From the IMG/VR virus record IMGVR_UViG_3300034071_001657: a stretch of DNA of 64,000 nucleotides; one strand, 5' to 3'. This document shows, piece by piece, positions 8,469 to 16,417 of the stretch. Position numbers and translations under genes: made by a program. Source of the stretch: a virus. Every line of letters begins with the position of its first letter. Within the stretch, counting starts at the first letter, position 1. The notes beneath the pieces were generated by a model, which worked only from the letters and a program-made list of their open reading frames with translations, made no database searches and was not told the DNA's origin.

Positions 8469-8966
8469 TTAAATTACCTCATTCGGATATTCTTCAGAAG
8501 GCATAAATTTATATTGTGGCTTATCAGGTTTGATATATGGAAAGGTCACAGGTACACTTGATCCTTTTCCTGTAAAATAAGTCTTGCTCATCTTACCATC
8601 TTCATCTCTATACCATTCCCAGAATACGATACCATCAATATCATATGCTCCGTTCTTGTCTTTGAATACTGATCCGCATCGTTTGTTTTGATATGTAGGC
8701 CCATTCTCGGGACGGTCGTATACGTGCCCCCATTCCCAATCCTCACCAGTCAGTGGTGCAAGCGGCTTAAACATTGCTAACTTACTGAAAAGATTAATAG
8801 CATATGGTGCAGATGAACCAGAATGCCCTTCATCGTGAAACACATCGAGCAACTTCAATACGTGAGTGCAAATGGCTTCCTGCATCTCATCATTGAACTG
8901 ATTGTTCTCATCAACCCAACCTGCTGCGCGAAACTCGGTCCATGCGTGATTCTCATAATTACTCAT
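8469..8966 (-). CDS. conserved hypothetical phage protein
   Basis: EGHSGSSAPY, PLTGEDWEW, YQNKRC. Confidence 0.75.
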   Translation of the reverse strand: MSNYENHAWTEFRAAGWVDENNQFNDEMQEAICTHVLKLLDVFHDEGHSGSSAPYAINLFSKLAMFKPLAPLTGEDWEWGHVYDRPENGPTYQNKRCGSVFKDKNGAYDIDGIVFWEWYRDEDGKMSKTYFTGKGSSVPVTFPYIKPDKPQYKFMPSEEYPNEVI

Positions 8967-9358
8967 ACCCTGTGACTCCCCATTGTATAAAATTTATCGA
9001 CAGCATCTTCACCTAGCCCATGAAATTTTGCAAACGCTTTGAGCAAATCTGCCTCATGTTCAGCATCATAAATTGCATTGTGAATATCTAGATAGCCTGC
9101 GCACTGAGCAGGCATGTATGCTTCTGGTCCAAAACCAAATACATTATATAGCACATAACGATAAGTGCCTTTCTGTTTAATTTCGCCATCAACGATTCGG
9201 CGAGACATTGCACAGAAGGCCATCAGTTGTTGCTCTTTGGTCAGAGAATTCCAATATTCTTCTTGCTCTTTCTTCATTGCATCAATTACTTTTTGAAATT
9301 GTTGACCTAGTTCAGACAATTCTTCCATAGCTTTATCAATGTCTTCTTGCGTTTTCAT
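8963..9358 (-). CDS. hypothetical protein
   Basis: GTYRYVLYNVFGF motif; coupled ORF. Confidence 0.65.
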   Translation of the reverse strand: MKTQEDIDKAMEELSELGQQFQKVIDAMKKEQEEYWNSLTKEQQLMAFCAMSRRIVDGEIKQKGTYRYVLYNVFGFGPEAYMPAQCAGYLDIHNAIYDAEHEADLLKAFAKFHGLGEDAVDKFYTMGSHRV

Positions 9359-9361
9359 TCT

Positions 9362-9556
9362 TTATTGTCCAAAATATTCGAGTACGGCATCAATGGCCGC
9401 AACCGTCTGTTTACTCATGACAACATCATCTGGATGTAACCATTGGCCGTTCTCGTATCCTTCAAGTTCTTTTGTAAGGTAATCTCGATGTTCTTTCAGA
9501 TTGAGAACCGTGATACCATCTGCAATTTCACCACTAATATCAATTTGCGTAGCCAT
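9362..9556 (-). CDS. hypothetical protein
   Basis: ORF with SD. Confidence 0.55.
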   Translation of the reverse strand: MATQIDISGEIADGITVLNLKEHRDYLTKELEGYENGQWLHPDDVVMSKQTVAAIDAVLEYFGQ

Positions 9557-9566
9557 ATCGTCACCT

Positions 9567-9920
9567 TCAGTCATAATTTGGTTCTTTAATTGCAGGCTTT
9601 CTTCGCAGAAATTCTGTAATTTTACTTTGCCAATTGGAATAACAATGCCTTACACCAACTGTAATTCTTAGATAGGGCAAGATAGCACCAACATAAAGTT
9701 CATTTGGGTCTAACCCAGCATCCACACCAAACGAAAAGTGTTCCATCGTCCAAACTTGGAAGATCAACCAGTGAACACTCCAATTGTTTGCGTTCCACTC
9801 ATCACCTTCTCGGTAATGCCATCGAGGCACCAATGGGCATACATCATTACACCACCATTTATGCAGTGGATAATGTTCCCACCATTCTTTATCTCTACAA
9901 GGTCTTTCTTCACTCATCAT
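9567..9920 (-). CDS. hypothetical Trp-rich protein
   Basis: coupled ORF. Confidence 0.55.
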   Translation of the reverse strand: MMSEERPCRDKEWWEHYPLHKWWCNDVCPLVPRWHYREGDEWNANNWSVHWLIFQVWTMEHFSFGVDAGLDPNELYVGAILPYLRITVGVRHCYSNWQSKITEFLRRKPAIKEPNYD

Positions 9921-10246
9921 GGTGCTCCATGTTGTTTCTTCAGTTTTTTAATTTCTGCTTTGAGATTACGATTCTCATACTTTGCCCAACCCAAATCATC
10001 CTGCATCTTTCGCATCTGTTCAGCAAAGTCACGGTCAGCAGGTGAGAGGTTTTCTTCTGGTGTGATAATGAACTTACCTGCGTCCCAGTCAAATCCCATA
10101 CCAATGTGTTTAATCTTAACTGTAGGATGAGCACCTACAGTAGAGTATGGAAGTTTAATTTGAATTACAACTTCTGGATCTTCACGCATCATACGTTCTT
10201 CATTGTGATGAGCATTCACCAATCGATGCAGTTCACTTAGTTTCAT
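9917..10246 (-). CDS. hypothetical protein
   Basis: GFDWDAGK motif, coiled-coil C-terminus. Confidence 0.6.
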   Translation of the reverse strand: MKLSELHRLVNAHHNEERMMREDPEVVIQIKLPYSTVGAHPTVKIKHIGMGFDWDAGKFIITPEENLSPADRDFAEQMRKMQDDLGWAKYENRNLKAEIKKLKKQHGAP

Positions 10247-10490
10247 TATTTACTCCAAAATGTTTAGCAATTCTTGCAGCAGCAGTATCAGCACCATAAA
10301 TCATATCAGCATTTACACCACGCGAATCAGCCACACAATGAGCTTGCTCAATGCATTCTTGCACAATCAACATGGCAAACTTTTCATCACGAATGTCATG
10401 CCAATCAGGATGATATTCACCTTTCATTTGAAGTTTAGAATCAGCAAAAAGGTCTGCTTGTTCTGCAAATTTTTGAATCAGTTCGTTCAT
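10233..10490 (-). CDS. paralog of MNERI...EKFAxLIVxEC...HFGV family
   Basis: EKFAMLIVQECI...KHFGV. Confidence 0.7.
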   Translation of the reverse strand: MNELIQKFAEQADLFADSKLQMKGEYHPDWHDIRDEKFAMLIVQECIEQAHCVADSRGVNADMIYGADTAAARIAKHFGVNNETK

Positions 10491-10648
10491 GGACGATACT
10501 CTAGTTTAATACACTTCCATCCTTGACGCTTTGCCCACCATATATTATATACTGCTTTTAGTAGACTTTCACCAGTATAAATTTGCAGCCAATTATACGG
10601 TCCATTGACTGGACCGTCCCACACATTAACTTCATAGGTGTAGCCCAT
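10487..10648 (-). CDS. small hypothetical protein (53 aa)
   Basis: MGYTYEVNVW...IKLEYRP; coupled at both ends. Confidence 0.55.
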   Translation of the reverse strand: MGYTYEVNVWDGPVNGPYNWLQIYTGESLLKAVYNIWWAKRQGWKCIKLEYRP

Positions 10649-10770
10649 TACTCCACTCCAAAATCTTTCTTAGCCTGCTCCCAGACTTTACGGGGATTCA
10701 TAACACACCAAGCACCAATGATAAACGGTGCTATCAAAATATACAACAGGTTTTTATACCAAGGCATCAT
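10648..10770 (-). CDS. small membrane protein (40 aa)
   Basis: MMPWYKNLLYILIAPFIIGAW...KKDFGVE. Confidence 0.55.
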   Translation of the reverse strand: MMPWYKNLLYILIAPFIIGAWCVMNPRKVWEQAKKDFGVE

Positions 10771-11153
10771 TCAATCCCAAACATCTTTTGCTCTAGAATT
10801 CTCAGATAGTCTCGTGCTTTCTGAAAATCACGATCATACAATGCACGTTCAGTCAACATCAGGTCTTGTCTAAACTCACCATAGATTGCTTCAATCACTT
10901 GGCGCTTGGTTCGATGAATTGCTTCTTCTAGTGCATCACCACCTTCTTGGAGAAGATCAAGATCACTTACGTGGACCTGAGAACCAATTGTGACACTGAT
11001 TCGATACTGTTTAGCAATACCTTCAGTTCCTTTTAGGTCTTGAGTATGTGACTTGATATTGAATACATCTTGGAACAGATTAGAGAAACTTTCTTTAATA
11101 AGTTTTCGGTCACCCGTATCGTGTGCTTCAATTGCTCTTACTACTTGGCTCAT
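10767..11153 (-). CDS. hypothetical protein
   Basis: coupled ORF ending KMFGIE. Confidence 0.65.
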   Translation of the reverse strand: MSQVVRAIEAHDTGDRKLIKESFSNLFQDVFNIKSHTQDLKGTEGIAKQYRISVTIGSQVHVSDLDLLQEGGDALEEAIHRTKRQVIEAIYGEFRQDLMLTERALYDRDFQKARDYLRILEQKMFGIE

Positions 11154-11428
11154 TCTTTAACTCCAAAATGTTCTTTAATCATCACTTCATTATCCCAACA
11201 TTTCTCAGCACAGATTTCAAAATTACTGGCAAACAGTTCGTCTTTTTCTTCTGCTGATAGTTTATAGAGTCTTTCGGATTCTGCTCTCAATACACTAACA
11301 CATTCCTGAACAATCAACTCGGCGAATTTTGGCAAACTAGCATTATAATTTCCTGCCCAGCCGATACGTTCGTCGTCGATGTATTGAAATCCAGCCTGTT
11401 TTGCAAGTTCTCTCATTCGTTCGTTCAT
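11150..11428 (-). CDS. paralog of MNERI...HFGV family
   Basis: MNERMRELAKQAG...KFAELIVQEC...IKEHFGVKE. Confidence 0.7.
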   Translation of the reverse strand: MNERMRELAKQAGFQYIDDERIGWAGNYNASLPKFAELIVQECVSVLRAESERLYKLSAEEKDELFASNFEICAEKCWDNEVMIKEHFGVKE

Positions 11429-11562
11429 CGCCGACCCCAAAGAAATCGCAGAGTTAGACCATCAACAAAATTACGCTTAAAGGTCGTATCGGGTGCCCAG
11501 ATAATGTAGCCAATGATAATACCTAGTGCATACCCAATGAGAAGGTAAAGTGTTTCATTCAT
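11425..11562 (-). CDS. small membrane protein (45 aa)
   Basis: MNETLYLLIGYALGIIIGYIIW...; ATGA overlaps both ends. Confidence 0.55.
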   Translation of the reverse strand: MNETLYLLIGYALGIIIGYIIWAPDTTFKRNFVDGLTLRFLWGRR

Positions 11563-11795
11563 TCTTCAACTCCAAAATGTTCTTTGACTTTTTCAACACA
11601 GTCTCTACGGAAGGCATCTTCGATTTGGTTACGATAATCGGCGTATCCTGGGCTTATGTTTTCTACAATACCGATACATTCCCGAACAATCAACTCGGCA
11701 AATTCTTCAATGGCTGCACGTTGAACTGGACCCGTTTGAAAGAAATTTAGAATGCGTTCATTGCATTGTGCTAGTTCTTCAATTCGTTTATTCAT
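11559..11795 (-). CDS. paralog of MNERI...HFGV family
   Basis: MNKRIEELA...EEFAELIVRECI...VKEHFGVEE. Confidence 0.7.
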   Translation of the reverse strand: MNKRIEELAQCNERILNFFQTGPVQRAAIEEFAELIVRECIGIVENISPGYADYRNQIEDAFRRDCVEKVKEHFGVEE

Positions 11796-12073
11796 GGTTG
11801 TTCTCTCAGTTGAATTAGCCCATCAATCAACATAGGAATTGTTCTAACATCGAAATTAAATTCTACAGGATCACCGAAGTAATCGTAATCATGAATTTGA
11901 ATATAGGCAAGCCGACTATCTTTTCTCAGAGTCAGATATGGTGTTCCGTTAGGTCTTGTTAGTTCAATTCGTTTGTTAGGTTGTTTTATCCCTAAAGGAC
12001 CGCAGATATGTGCATAGTCAAACGCAGGTTCTTCACGCCCACATTTATGGCACTTGATAAAGTTCACAACCAA
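11792..12073 (-). CDS. hypothetical protein with CxxC...HxC
   Basis: ORF track. Confidence 0.5.
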   Translation of the reverse strand: MVVNFIKCHKCGREEPAFDYAHICGPLGIKQPNKRIELTRPNGTPYLTLRKDSRLAYIQIHDYDYFGDPVEFNFDVRTIPMLIDGLIQLREQP

Positions 12074-12273
12074 CTTCCTTTTAGAACGTATGCTTTGCGC
12101 TTACCACGAACCCGTACATCAATTTGACGGTGTTGCCGTTTTAGTTTCTTAGCATAGTATCGTGCTTTACCAAGATATGGTGTAGCAATAAAGTTAGACC
12201 AACCACCGTCGGGAAAGGTCCTCGGTTTGTACAGTAAGACATAATAAAGTTTTTTTGGTCTAACAAAAAGCAT
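12064..12273 (-). CDS. hypothetical basic protein
   Basis: TGATG coupling. Confidence 0.5.
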   Translation of the reverse strand: MLFVRPKKLYYVLLYKPRTFPDGGWSNFIATPYLGKARYYAKKLKRQHRQIDVRVRGKRKAYVLKGSWL

Positions 12274-12473
12274 CACTTAACTCCGAAATGTTTCTTTAGG
12301 TCCTCGATGCATCGACGGACTTCCATGTCCTCGCGGTTCAGGTCGCCCATGTACCTCTTCTGAACTACGCCGATAGCCTCACTTACGATAAGGTCGGCGA
12401 ATTTTTCGGCATCGAACACCGTAGGAAAAGTCTTCCAACTCTCCATCATCAATTCTCGAATTCGTTCGTTCAT
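12273..12473 (-). CDS. paralog of MNERI...HFGV family
   Basis: MNERIRELM...EKFADLIVSEA...LKKHFGVK. Confidence 0.7.
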   Translation of the reverse strand: MNERIRELMMESWKTFPTVFDAEKFADLIVSEAIGVVQKRYMGDLNREDMEVRRCIEDLKKHFGVK

Positions 12474-12646
12474 TTTACAATCTCTTTGCAATGTTTAACA
12501 GCATCAGTATACAGCATGGTGCCATTCTTGTCAAGACAGTTGTTGTAAATACGCGACGTTTCCATTTTACCGCCAACAACAATTAGTAAAACAATAGCCG
12601 CAAGTGTTAAACCTGCTACGGGAAAGACCCACCAATTATCATTCAT
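12470..12646 (-). CDS. small membrane protein
   Basis: N-terminal TM, two Cys. Confidence 0.55.
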   Translation of the reverse strand: MNDNWWVFPVAGLTLAAIVLLIVVGGKMETSRIYNNCLDKNGTMLYTDAVKHCKEIVK

Positions 12647-12968
12647 CTTCACACCTCGGTCCATGTTCAAGGTAATCTTTCATAAAAACATCACCATGTT
12701 CTAGGTAGAACCTATGATATTCCCAGCCTTTGCGAAAAGTCTCGAATCTGATTCCCGCAAGTCTCATACCTTCTTCTGTCATAGGTACTTGGTATGCTTC
12801 TGAATCACGCCATGCATTATAGATTAGTTGATCTTCATCACCAAGTTTATTCTCAGCCTGCTCGATGGCAGCGCGGAGGTTGTCCATCACCGCTCTGCGG
12901 TTACCCCAATGATTGCGCCCCAGTCCAGCAATAAACTCCAGCGCCTGTTTCATGACCGTGATGCTCAT
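12639..12968 (-). CDS. hypothetical protein
   Basis: MSITVMKQALE...LRAAIEQAE. Confidence 0.6.
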   Translation of the reverse strand: MSITVMKQALEFIAGLGRNHWGNRRAVMDNLRAAIEQAENKLGDEDQLIYNAWRDSEAYQVPMTEEGMRLAGIRFETFRKGWEYHRFYLEHGDVFMKDYLEHGPRCEDE

Positions 12969-13354
12969 GAGAATTCCCGACTACAGAAAGCATATCCTTC
13001 TGGATCGTCCCAATCGTATTCGGGATTGAACCAAGTATATCCAAACTTGTCAGGTTTTCGCCCTTCATCATTATGTTGAAGATTCCTTCGTCCATCATTA
13101 CGAATAAATCCTGGAGATTTCTCGCTCTCAATATACTGAACAAACCAATCGTAGTCGATACGTTCTCCATATTCATCCATGATAACTTTATCTTTGAGAA
13201 ATTCTTTCCACGCCTGCCAGCTTACAAGCCGTTCAGGTCGATAACCATGAAAAGAAAATGCCCAACCGCCAGAAGATTTACCGATATGGTATTCTTCATC
13301 ATATCGGTTGCAGCATTCACAGAGATTTTTAGCAACGTAATAATTAGTTCCCAT
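12965..13354 (-). CDS. conserved hypothetical phage protein
   Basis: MGTNYY...HIGKSSGGWAFSF...DEYG...EFS. Confidence 0.75.
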   Translation of the reverse strand: MGTNYYVAKNLCECCNRYDEEYHIGKSSGGWAFSFHGYRPERLVSWQAWKEFLKDKVIMDEYGERIDYDWFVQYIESEKSPGFIRNDGRRNLQHNDEGRKPDKFGYTWFNPEYDWDDPEGYAFCSREFS

Positions 13355-13384
13355 GATGTAGTTTCCTGAATTTCAGTATGGTCT

Positions 13385-13437
13385 ATTGTAATAGATGCCA
13401 GAAGCTTTGTCAAGATACGTGTTGTTATGACACGACA
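13385..13437 (-). promoter_or_regulatory. sigma70 promoter with degenerate palindrome
   Basis: TTGACA(13408-13413)-N17-TACAAT; TGTTG-N8-CGACA at 13420-13437. Confidence 0.7.
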
Positions 13438-13664
13438 TCAGTTTTTGTTTGCCATGGATCTTTGCCAAAGACCGGCTCATGATTTTCATTGATGGGTTCG
13501 CAAGCGCGACCCATATCATATTCATTTGGAAAATGCCTGAGTAGACTCGCGGCTTGCTGTCGAATTTGTTTTGGAATTCTTGGTGTTTCTTTTGGGTCTA
13601 ATAAACTTCGTAAAAATTGACGAGTTCTATTGACCGAATTAACTCTTTCGTAAGGTAGCGTCAT
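13425..13664 (-). CDS. conserved hypothetical protein
   Basis: MTLPYER...TRQFLRSL...PKQIRQQAASLLRHFP. Confidence 0.7.
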   Translation of the reverse strand: MTLPYERVNSVNRTRQFLRSLLDPKETPRIPKQIRQQAASLLRHFPNEYDMGRACEPINENHEPVFGKDPWQTKTDVVS

Positions 13665-13667
13665 GAT

Positions 13668-13907
13668 TTATTTTGATACGAAAAAATGATTGTGAATTTT
13701 TTCTAGGCACTCTAATTTATTGTCAGACTCTTTGACTAGATTCACACACTCTTGAATCAGAAGATAAGAATACTTTTCAAAGTCTTCATCATATTCATTC
13801 GCCCAATCGATGTGATTTTTTCCTGGACCCCAAGACTCATCCGACCAAAAAACAAATCCTGCTTTCTTCGCAAGTTTCTGTAAGTTTTTATTCACGATTA
13901 TCTCCAT
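13668..13907 (-). CDS. divergent paralog of MNERI...HF family
   Basis: LAKKAGF...EKYSYLLIQEC...IHNHF. Confidence 0.6.
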   Translation of the reverse strand: MEIIVNKNLQKLAKKAGFVFWSDESWGPGKNHIDWANEYDEDFEKYSYLLIQECVNLVKESDNKLECLEKIHNHFFVSK

Positions 13908-14206
13908 GTCCTATGATTTTCAGCTACCCATTCATTGCCATCGTATTCTTGAATGTGCCATTCGATGCCGTCAGGAATTTCGATAATCTTAAGACTTGAG
14001 AATTTTGTGTCGGCACGTTCACCTAACGTTTCTACAACTTTCACTAGATTAGGATCAGATCGAAACACCGTCAATTCGCGCGAGCCTTGAAGCCTCCACA
14101 AGTCTGCGATAAATTGCATTGATTTACCTGACAATTCTGCATACAACTGTTTTGCTTCATCTGAGAGATCAAAACCACCGAAACACTTATTCAAAACAAC
14201 TTTCAT
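13898..14206 (-). CDS. conserved hypothetical phage protein
   Basis: MKVVLNKCFGGFDLS...RSDPNLVKVVETLG...EYDGNEWVAENHRTW. Confidence 0.75.
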   Translation of the reverse strand: MKVVLNKCFGGFDLSDEAKQLYAELSGKSMQFIADLWRLQGSRELTVFRSDPNLVKVVETLGERADTKFSSLKIIEIPDGIEWHIQEYDGNEWVAENHRTWR

Positions 14207-14223
14207 AATTAACTCCAAATATT

Positions 14224-14300
<77 letters not shown>

Positions 14301-14301
14301 G

Positions 14302-14392
14302 TGGCGGAGGAAGGGAGAGTCGAACTCCCAAGGCGCTATTAACACTCAACTGTTTTCAAGACAGGTACCGTCGCCAATCGGTTTGTTCCTCC
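14302..14392 (-). tRNA. tRNA-Ser (TGA)
   Basis: long variable arm, G73, CCA; atypical D arm. Confidence 0.85.
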
Positions 14393-14393
14393 G

Positions 14394-14870
14394 TTATGCT
14401 GCTTTTGTGTGACATAAAATATGCTTGAACCTATCTGCTGCACCTGACGCCGCGAAAGCATTAGGCTTAACCATCGGAATAACATTACACATACCTTTGA
14501 TGTATCCAACTGCTTCATTTATAACACATGAACTTCCATGATCTTCATTTGGATTGATGTCTAGATGAACTTCAACTTCTCGATCATCTAGAACCTCAGC
14601 CAACTTAAGATATAATTCGGCAATCTTATAAACTTCATTCATTAGTCGCATTCTAGGTTTGTCTTTGCGTTGATCATAGTCCTTCTCACGAATGGTTTCT
14701 CCAAAGATTTTACATCCGTGCTTTCCTTCGATATGAATCACGACCACTAAAGTATAGTCGGCATACCAAACGCCTTTGATTTTAAATCTTTCTGAATCGC
14801 CACCGATATAGATTTTACTTGTGATCGGCTGTCCCTCGATGAAAGTTTTTACTTGATCAATGTTCATCAT
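14394..14870 (-). CDS. RNase H-like YkuK-family protein
   Basis: IYIGGDS, VVIH..GKHG, RLMNEV, EVHLDIN, KPNAFAASGAAD. Confidence 0.85.
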   Translation of the reverse strand: MMNIDQVKTFIEGQPITSKIYIGGDSERFKIKGVWYADYTLVVVIHIEGKHGCKIFGETIREKDYDQRKDKPRMRLMNEVYKIAELYLKLAEVLDDREVEVHLDINPNEDHGSSCVINEAVGYIKGMCNVIPMVKPNAFAASGAADRFKHILCHTKAA

Positions 14871-14886
14871 CTCACCTATGTTAAAC

Positions 14887-14962
14887 TGGTCTCGGACACA
14901 GGACTCGAACCTGCACCTTCTACGTCCCAAACGTAGTGGACTACCTATTATCCCAATCCGAG
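14887..14962 (-). tRNA. tRNA-Pro (TGG)
   Basis: CTACG-TT-TGG-GA-CGTAG, TTCGAG T loop, CCA. Confidence 0.9.
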
Positions 14963-14966
14963 AAAT

Positions 14967-15041
14967 TGGTGCTGGATGAAGGATTCGAACCATCGACCTA
15001 TCGCTTACAAGGCGATTGCACTACCACTGTGCTAATCCAGC
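14967..15041 (-). tRNA. tRNA-Thr (TGT)
   Basis: ATCGC-CT-TGT-AA-GCGAT, CCA. Confidence 0.9.
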
Positions 15042-15049
15042 ATTTAAAA

Positions 15050-15078
15050 ATTATACTAAATTTTATTTAGTCTGTCAA
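15050..15078 (-). promoter_or_regulatory. consensus sigma70 promoter inside tRNA array
   Basis: TTGACA-N17-TATAAT. Confidence 0.85.
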
Positions 15079-15082
15079 CTGA

Positions 15083-15157
15083 TGGCCTCGGTGTACGGAC
15101 TCGAACCGCAACTTTAGATTTTGGAGATCCACGTGCTGCCATTAACACTACACCGAG
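15083..15157 (-). tRNA. tRNA-Trp (CCA)
   Basis: TGGAT-CT-CCA-AA-ATCTA, CCA end. Confidence 0.9.
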
Positions 15158-15161
15158 ATTT

Positions 15162-15255
15162 TGGTGGTGAGAGTGGGATTCGAACCCACGGACCGCAAGT
15201 TAACACGATCTACGGTTTAGCAAACCGTTGATTTAAGCCTCTCATCCATCTCACC
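15162..15255 (-). tRNA. tRNA-Ser (GCT)
   Basis: long variable arm, ACGGT-TT-GCT-AA-ACCGT. Confidence 0.9.
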
Positions 15256-15258
15256 AAT

Positions 15259-15333
15259 TGGTGGACCGCTGGAGGATCGAACTCCAACCTCCGCCGTGCA
15301 AAGGCGGCGTGCTCCCATTATCACTAGCAGCCC
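15259..15333 (-). tRNA. tRNA-Ala (TGC)
   Basis: G3:U70, CCGCC-TT-TGC-AC-GGCGG. Confidence 0.9.
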
Positions 15334-15343
15334 AAATTCATTT

Positions 15344-15417
15344 TGGAGCAGGATATCGGAATCGAACCGATAACATCAGCTTGGAAGGCTGTAGTTTTAC
15401 CATTAAACTAATCCTGC
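15344..15417 (-). tRNA. tRNA-Gly (TCC)
   Basis: anticodon TCC, U73, CCA. Confidence 0.9.
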
Positions 15418-15527
15418 AAATCTTTCATAAGGGGCACAATAGGACTGTCATCTCGACGTTCATTGCTGTCATTTAAAAATAGGCGTGTTGTCTATATAAT
15501 GCGCCACTTCCCCACTAACTATATATT

Positions 15528-15602
15528 TGGCTCCAGTGGCTGGGATCGAACCAACGACCAATTGATTAACAGTCAACTGCTCTACCTCTGAGCTACACTG
15601 GA
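15528..15602 (-). tRNA. tRNA-Asn (GTT)
   Basis: canonical cloverleaf. Confidence 0.9.
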
Positions 15603-15609
15603 ATAAAAC

Positions 15610-15684
15610 TGGTACCGGATACTGGGATTGAACCAGTGACCAATGCGTTATCAACACACTGCTCTACCACTGAGCTAATCCGGT
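15610..15684 (-). tRNA. tRNA-Ile (GAT)
   Basis: canonical cloverleaf. Confidence 0.9.
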
Positions 15685-15685
15685 A

Positions 15686-15761
15686 TGGTACCGCCTCTTG
15701 GAATCGAACCAAGTTCCACGGCTCTTCAGACCGTTGCTATGACCACATCAGCTAAAGCGGC
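15686..15761 (-). tRNA. tRNA-Phe (GAA)
   Basis: ACGGT-CT-GAA-GA-GCCGT. Confidence 0.9.
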
Positions 15762-15765
15762 AAAC

Positions 15766-15839
15766 TGGTGCTTCGTGACAGAATCGAACTGCCGTGACCG
15801 TCTTGTAAGGGCGGTGTTCTACCATTAAACTAACGAAGC
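15766..15839 (-). tRNA. tRNA-Val (TAC)
   Basis: anticodon TAC, CCA. Confidence 0.9.
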
Positions 15840-15840
15840 C

Positions 15841-15915
15841 TGGGGTGTCTAATGAGTTTCGATCTCATCCTCACTCTTTCACAGAGAGTGGTGCTCCCAT
15901 TACACTATAGACACC
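15841..15915 (-). tRNA. tRNA-His (GTG)
   Basis: G-1:C73, anticodon GTG; T loop ATCGAAA. Confidence 0.85.
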
Positions 15916-15920
15916 GTTGT

Positions 15921-15996
15921 TGGTACACCGTAGGGGAATCGAACCCCTCTTCCTACCGTGAAAGGGTAGTGTCCTAAACCGATAGACGAACGGTGC
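15921..15996 (-). tRNA. tRNA-Glu (TTC)
   Basis: CTACC-CT-TTC-AC-GGTAG. Confidence 0.9.
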
Positions 15997-16001
15997 GTAT
16001 T

Positions 16002-16075
16002 TGGCAGGCCTACTAGGATTCGAACCTAGAATGACGGAATCAAAATCCGTAGTGTTACCATTACACCATAGACCA
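16002..16075 (-). tRNA. tRNA-Gln (TTG)
   Basis: ACGGA-TT-TTG-AT-TCCGT. Confidence 0.9.
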
Positions 16076-16082
16076 ACAAATT

Positions 16083-16158
16083 TGGTAGGGGCAGGGGGAC
16101 TTGAACCCTCCAACCTCGACGTTAAAAGCATCTTGCTCTACCATTGAGCTATACCCCC
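16083..16158 (-). tRNA. tRNA-Lys (TTT)
   Basis: anticodon TTT, CCA. Confidence 0.9.
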
Positions 16159-16162
16159 AAAC

Positions 16163-16237
16163 TGGCGGTCCCATCGGGATTCGAACCCGATCCTGCGCCG
16201 TGACAGGGCGCTATACTCGCCGATATACTATGGAACC
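16163..16237 (-). tRNA. tRNA-Asp (GTC)
   Basis: GCGCC-CT-GTC-AC-GGCGC. Confidence 0.9.
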
Positions 16238-16243
16238 ATTTAT

Positions 16244-16317
16244 TGGTTGCGGATGATGGAATCGAACCATCAACTTCAGCTTATGAGACTGATGAGATAC
16301 CTTTTCTCTAATCCGCA
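16244..16317 (-). tRNA. tRNA-Met (CAT), initiator-like acceptor/D arm
   Basis: TGCGGAT...CCGCAACCA, GAG/CTC D stem; lacks 3 G-C anticodon pairs. Confidence 0.8.
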
Positions 16318-16323
16318 GAATCT

Positions 16324-16413
16324 TGGTGAGTAGAGAGGGATTCGAACCCCCAACGGTTCCTAAGTAACGGATTTACAGTCCGCCGCGACACTCGCCATCT
16401 TCGCCGTCTACTC
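16324..16413 (-). tRNA. tRNA-Tyr (GTA)
   Basis: GCGGA-CT-GTA-AA-TCCGT, long variable arm. Confidence 0.9.
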
Positions 16414-16417
16414 ATTT

